NCBI RefSeq assembly: GCF_009914755.1
Contig: NC_060926.1
Source of the DNA: the human T2T-CHM13v2.0 reference genome, Homo sapiens
Reading direction: 5' to 3' (one strand)
Length of the DNA: 64,000 bases
The notes beneath the pieces were generated by a model, which saw only the letters and a list, made by a program, of their open reading frames with translations, made no database searches and was not told the origin of the DNA. Positions 55,484-64,000 of this stretch are shown in pieces; positions within the stretch are counted from its first letter, which is position 1, and each line of letters starts with the position of its first letter. The position numbers and the translations under genes were made by a program.

Positions 55484-57603
55484 GTAAGAAGGCAGGATAT
55501 CTGTTCATTAGAACTGTTGTGTTCAGGGTAAAGACTGAAAGCTGAAAATGTTTTTAGTTTGAGTATTGGTTGCTAGGAAATACTATAAGAATTATTGAAT
55601 TATTTATCTGCTTTAATGGGGTACTTTGGAATTTTATTAAGAGTATTATCCTATTCTATTATAAAATTAATGTTTTTCTTTAGTTTCTATGACTAAATAT
55701 GAATGGTCAGTGAAAAAGTAGTCTGGTAAATAATACTACTGTTACTACTTTGCTTATTCAGAACAACTGTTTAGATATGTTTCATTATAAAAAAAACTTT
55801 TACTCCAAGTAGTATCAGTACAGTATTTGGGTGTGTCTGTGGAAATGGAAAAAACAATTGAAAGCTATTAAATTATTTTCCTTTTTTAAAAGAGTAGAGG
55901 AGAGCAACTTCACAGTCCCCTACCTATTAAGAAGGAAAAGGTTGTAACCAGGACCTTCTGACAGCAGATGGGGTGTAGATTTCTAATTGCCAGCTCTTAA
56001 TTTTGCCTGAGTCAGTCCTCTTGGCTTCAAATGAAACTGATTAATAAATGATGGCTCAGTATCCCAATTGGAAGATGTATGTAGAGAGCGTCATGCTGCC
56101 AGTTCTGTCAGGCTGCTAGAGACAGTGCACCCTACTTTCTCTGCCTGCAGCTAGCTATCCCCCTGCCACCATCTTTGGTTTTGAAAGGGACTAAAAGAAT
56201 AACTGCTAGAGAAGAGCAAATAGCCCAAGCTATGAGTGCCCAGGACTATCCCATCAATGGTCAAGCCTTTGGAAATGAGAACTCCCCTCCAACCCCAAGA
56301 GCATGATTAAAGGAAACCAGAGAGACAGAGTCTTACTGACGAAAAGGGAAGAAGCCAGAAGTTGTGCTGATTTATAGAAAAGGAATCTGGCATTGAATAA
56401 AGCTAAAATGACAAGAATTTTAAAATTTCAAAATTTTATGGGCTAGAGTCCATCAGAATGAATTTAGGGTTTGGGGACATATACTGTGTAGCTCATGGTC
56501 TAATGTAACAGGTCAAGCCAATATGATATTTCTTCATTTTCTCAAATAGATAATGAAAGATAGGCTACGTATGTTTATATAAAATAATGTCTATCTTTAG
56601 CATAGTCTCTATTATACTCCACCTGTAGATTATCCATGACAGTTTTATATACCATAGTGGCTTTTCTTTACACACCCTGAGTACATTAGAACTAAGACAT
56701 GAGTTAGTTTCTAAAGTTTGAGCCAAACATAATTGGGAAAATGAGTTCGCTCCCATAAATACATACATACATGGATGGATTAATGATAGCAGATACTACC
56801 TCAAGTCTTGAATACCTTTTACTTTTACTCTTCAGGAAGCTCTCTTCAGTGTAAATGGCAATAACCATAGTTATAATTATAGTGTTGAATGACTATAGCA
56901 ACCATTTATTGAGTATATGGTGCCAAGTAGCTGATGGGGTGATTTACAGGTCCTCTCATGGAGTCTTTTTAGCATAAGACTGATCCTTTAAAGTATAGAT
57001 GTTATTTCATTTTTCAGTTGAAGGAAATTATTTTCTGAAACACTGAATGCTGTAACTGGCAGAGTCAAGATTTGAACCAAGATGTATCTAAACGCAATAC
57101 TCTTACTGTCTCCGTTATACCAACCTTGGCTCTCCAAAAAGAATTAATCCCACTGATTTGACTTTGTGTTTTTATTAACTCCAATTTTTAATATACATTT
57201 ATCTTGAGATTTTATTTTTCTGATTTCCATAATTTCATCTGCATTGTGTGAGGATTAGGTCAGCTTTGTTCACAAAAAATGTTTTTTACTTTACCATTTT
57301 TGCTCACCCAAGAATTCATTAGTTTTTTTTAAGCATTTCTCTGGGTCTTAATTTGTTTCTACCTATGTACTTGATTATCATCTTTAAAATACTTTACACA
57401 TATAGAAATTGAGTTATAAAAAGAGTAGTAATGTAATTAGCCATACTTAAATGGATACAACTATTTCTGTAAAATAGTTTCTTTCCTTTTTGTTGAAATT
57501 TTGCATTTTAATGAGTTTATACATAACTTTTGGTGGAGAAGAGGAGTGGTTGGTTTTGCTTTCCTTCTAAAATTCCAATGACATGAATATATTTTAAAGA
57601 TAA

Positions 57604-58192
57604 TGTCATAGTACCAACAGGTTCATATTCCTGCTGTGCAATAACAGACGAATACACTGAGACAGCAGGGATGCAGCAGATAAAGAGTTTAATGATCGCA
57701 GGGTACCGAGCAAGGAGATGGGAGGAGACCCTCAAATCATCTCCCCAAGGAGATGAGATCTGGGATGGGGTTTTTAAGGGGATGGTGGAGAGCAAGGGGC
57801 TGGGAAGTTAAGATCGTTGATTGGTTGGGATAAGGTGGATGAAATCATCAGGAGGTGCATTCTTTGGTGAGTTAGCTTACCTCAGGGTCCTTTAGACCAA
57901 CTGAGTCAGTAGTTTCATCAGTATGCAGGACCCAAAAGAATGTCTCAAAGGGGAAATCTAACATTTCATAATGTCCCAAGTTGTTATCTGTAGAGCAGTT
58001 AAGGGGAACTATAATCTTGTAATGGGTCTGTGGGATTCTGAGGCAACAGGCACCAACCAACTATGAGGACGCGGGTCAGAGAGCAGCTGACCTAGTGATC
58101 AATGCTAAGTGTGCTGCAAGCTGTGTTTAGTTTTCTATCTCCCCCTCCCTTCTTTCCTGATGAATTTTATGAGGTTTGTAGGGACAATTTCA
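57604..58192 (-). mobile_element. ERV1-type solo LTR (MER34-like; family uncertain)
   Basis: tgtcatagtaccaacaggttc ... ttgtagggacaatttca termini; aaagagtttaatgatcgcagg motif. Confidence 0.6.
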
Positions 58193-58235
58193 ATAATACA
58201 TAAGTCAAGGTGCATAATTTTTCATTTGTTCTTAG

Positions 58236-58384
58236 AAAAATGAAAGTCGTCCACTCACTCAGATCCAGTACATAGCCTGGCCTGACCATGGAGTCCCTGA
58301 TGATTCGAGTGACTTTCTAGATTTTGTTTGTCATGTACGAAACAAGAGGGCTGGCAAGGAAGAACCCGTTGTTGTCCATTGCAG
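58236..58384 (+). CDS. PTPN4: PTPN4 coding exon (~25), PTP domain with WPD loop and catalytic Cys: KNESRPLTQIQYIAWPDHGVPDDSSDFLDFVCHVRNKRAGKEEPVVVHC(S)
   Basis: tttgttcttAG / GTactc, 149 nt; WPDHGVP and VVVHC motifs. Confidence 0.97.
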
Positions 58385-58685
58385 GTACTCTGTTTTCCGT
58401 CTTTTATGAGTGTATAGCTGAACAGATACGTCATTTTTAAAAGAGAGTACATATTTTGTCCTTATGGTGTTATTGTCACTGTAATAATTAGAACTCAAAG
58501 CTATGCTCTGAAGGTAGGAGGCAAAGGATATGTTCTAACATATGATTGGCAGTAACTTTATCATAAGATATAAAAATAATACTGATTGCACTGATTCTTA
58601 GATGCTCCTCCTTTTCATATTTTAACACCTCTGAAATTGGTCTTAACAATTTACAATAGATTTGATGAAGTACAGTACTGTGGGC

Positions 58686-59372
<687 letters not shown>

Positions 59373-59841
59373 GCTTAGGCATTAGGTTACAGCCTAATAT
59401 TTAGATTCCCTTCCTTCTTCCTTGCCTGTGGCTCCTCTTAGGACATTCATTGAGTACTCCTACCTCTCTTGAAGTGACCCTACCAAAGGCTTTGCTACTT
59501 CTAAAAGCTTTAAGTAAACAGCAGGCTACTCTTTCTTTCTTTGAGACCCAAGTCCCCTTCTGCCCTCAAAGGGCCAAATACAGTGACTTCAGTCTTTACT
59601 GCTACTGATCCAGAGATTAGGAGACAGTTGTTCCTCCCTATTACGGCCACCTTTGTTAAGTGATTTATTCAGAGGATATCTTGAGGTATCTCTTTATACT
59701 TAGACTTTCCAACACACTTTAAGAGTAGAGTTTCAAATCTTCAAAACAGATTATAGACCAAAATTTGAGAGGTAAAGTAGCAAGAATGGTGAAACACCAT
59801 TTTATATCCCAAGTCCCTGATAACTACTGCATTCGTGTTCA

Positions 59842-60247
<406 letters not shown>

Positions 60248-60575
60248 TTATTATTGTCATTCTATCATTTTGCATTTTAAGGAGTTGCTCCAGTAAGCTT
60301 CTATTCCTTGTTCAGATTTTAAAAACTTAAATTTAACTCCTTTAAAATAGTATTTTTCCAACTAACGTGGTAGATGGAAGATACAGAACAAGTAATTGAG
60401 TCAGTGCATTTTTTTTCTGTTTTCAAAATATTCTGTATTTGGCTTACTACTTTTATAATTAAAATATTAAAATGATATTGTTCTTCTGTGTTATAATTCA
60501 GTTTTATGCACAAAAGCCACAAGTAGTTTAACAGAATAGTATCGGTAAGATCTTGCCTATATTTGTCTTTTTTAG

Positions 60576-60711
60576 TGCTGGAATCGGAAGAACTGGGGTT
60601 CTTATTACTATGGAAACAGCCATGTGTCTCATTGAATGCAATCAGCCAGTTTATCCACTAGATATTGTAAGAACAATGAGAGATCAGCGAGCCATGATGA
60701 TCCAAACACCT
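60576..60711 (+). CDS. PTPN4: PTPN4 coding exon (~26), PTP P-loop and Q-loop: (S)[45 protein letters not shown]
   Basis: gtcttttttAG / GTgagt, 136 nt; completes [10 protein letters not shown]; the last coding exon lies beyond the window. Confidence 0.97.
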
Positions 60712-60843
60712 GTGAGTACTGTACTTTATATACAAGTGTATATTCTTAACATGATGATTTTTGTTGCCAATGCATATTCTAAATCATATTTTTATCCTTT
60801 TTTATCTTTTCAATTCCTTGCCATGGTCAAATAACCTCTAGCA

Positions 60844-61053
60844 CAGGGGTAAGCAAACTACTGCCCGCTAGTCAAATCTGGCCTGCCACTTGTTTTTGTA
60901 AATAAAATTTTAGTGGAACACAGCCATGCTCATTTATCTATGCCTGCTTTGATATTATAGCTGCAGAGTTTAGAAGTTGCAACAGTACCATATGGACTGC
61001 TATTTCTAAAATATATTTAATATCTGGCCTTTTACAGAAAAAGTTTTGCTAAC
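60844..61053. mobile_element. MER58A-like hAT-Charlie element
   Basis: caggggtaagcaaacta ... ctggccttttacagaaaaagtttt. Confidence 0.78.
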
Positions 61054-61245
61054 ATGCAAGTTGCCTGGCATATTAAATCTTGAGTGCTTAAACAGGCACA
61101 GAGGAACTTGCTTTGTATTATTTAGTCAAGCTGAATGCTGAGAATGATAGTATCCCTGAACTGGAGAGTCTTGATAGACCTGCTTTCTGTGAAATAGCTG
61201 TGGTGAAATTGTTTTTCTTTTTACATAAAAACTTGCATTGCAGCG

Positions 61246-61563
<318 letters not shown>

Positions 61564-61758
61564 TTACAGAAATTAAGTTACTTTTTAGTGCATTCTACAC
61601 TGAGTATTAATTATGCTTCAGGAGCCAAAAGAAGAATCATGGAATTTTAGTGTTAAAATTATCTTTTGCACTGATTAAGACACTGTGAAATAATAGCATT
61701 GTTGGTGGAATAGGTTACTTGAAGGAAATTGACCTATGTGATCCAGTAAGTGCCTATA

Positions 61759-62053
<295 letters not shown>

Positions 62054-62283
62054 GTTTTTAATTACAGAAAATTTCAAACATAGACAATATAATGAATATC
62101 ATGTTTATACTCAGATCCCACATTTGCCATATTGTTTCATCTGGATAGCTGTTCACTTTCCCTGTATTTGAAGCAAATCCTAGATATCATATCATTTTGT
62201 TCATATTTTAGTGTGTATCTCTAAAAGATAAGGATTGATTTTCCTTTTAAATAAAACCGCAGTACAATTATCAAGAAATGTAA

Positions 62284-62597
<314 letters not shown>

Positions 62598-62634
62598 ATC
62601 AATTTGTTAATATTATCAAATTGGCAGTATTTAA

Positions 62635-63783
<1,149 letters not shown>

Positions 63784-64000
63784 GTATTAGTCTGTTTTCA
63801 CACTGCTACAAATAAACACTTGAGACTGGGTAATTTATAAAGAAAAGAGGCTTAATTGACTCACAGTTCCCCAGGCTGTACAGGAAGCATGGCTGGGAGG
63901 CCTCAGGAAACTTACAATCATGGTGGAAGGCAAAGGGGAAGCAAGCAGGTCTTCACATGGCCGGCGGGAGAGAGACAGAGAAAGAAGCAGGAGGTGCTGC
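63784..64000 (-). mobile_element. MSTA/THE1-type MaLR LTR, runs off the window
   Basis: tgtattagtctgttttcacactgcta ... ggaggcctcaggaaacttacaatcatgg. Confidence 0.85.

Overview
AT-rich, repeat-dense primate (human-like) genomic DNA inside a multi-exon gene on the + strand. Sixteen GT-AG coding exons (7912-60711, 1930 nt in total) splice in frame into the FERM C-lobe/FA region, the Ser/Pro-rich linker, the PDZ domain and almost all of the PTP catalytic domain (KNRY, WPD, HCSAGIGR, IQT) of PTPN4 (PTP-MEG1). This is about residues 255-898, probably exons 11-26; exon numbering is from memory of the gene. The 5' exons and the last exon lie outside the window. The introns carry about 30 Alus, old and young L1 fragments, Tigger1/Tigger6/MER82 and hAT DNA transposons, MaLR and ERV LTRs, MIR and L2. 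Most ORFs in the supplied track are Alu/L1 or random ORFs. I found no new protein-coding system. The most interesting non-standard signals are: (1) a U13 snoRNA retrocopy and an Alu inserted at one target site, leaving three TSD copies; (2) a 26-nt U6 5' fragment with a perfect TSD; (3) a ~340-bp non-tandem duplication that brackets two candidate frameshifting (poison) exons in intron 13; (4) several duplication-plus-inversion scars suggesting template switching; (5) inverted Alu pairs that could drive back-splicing or RNA editing.
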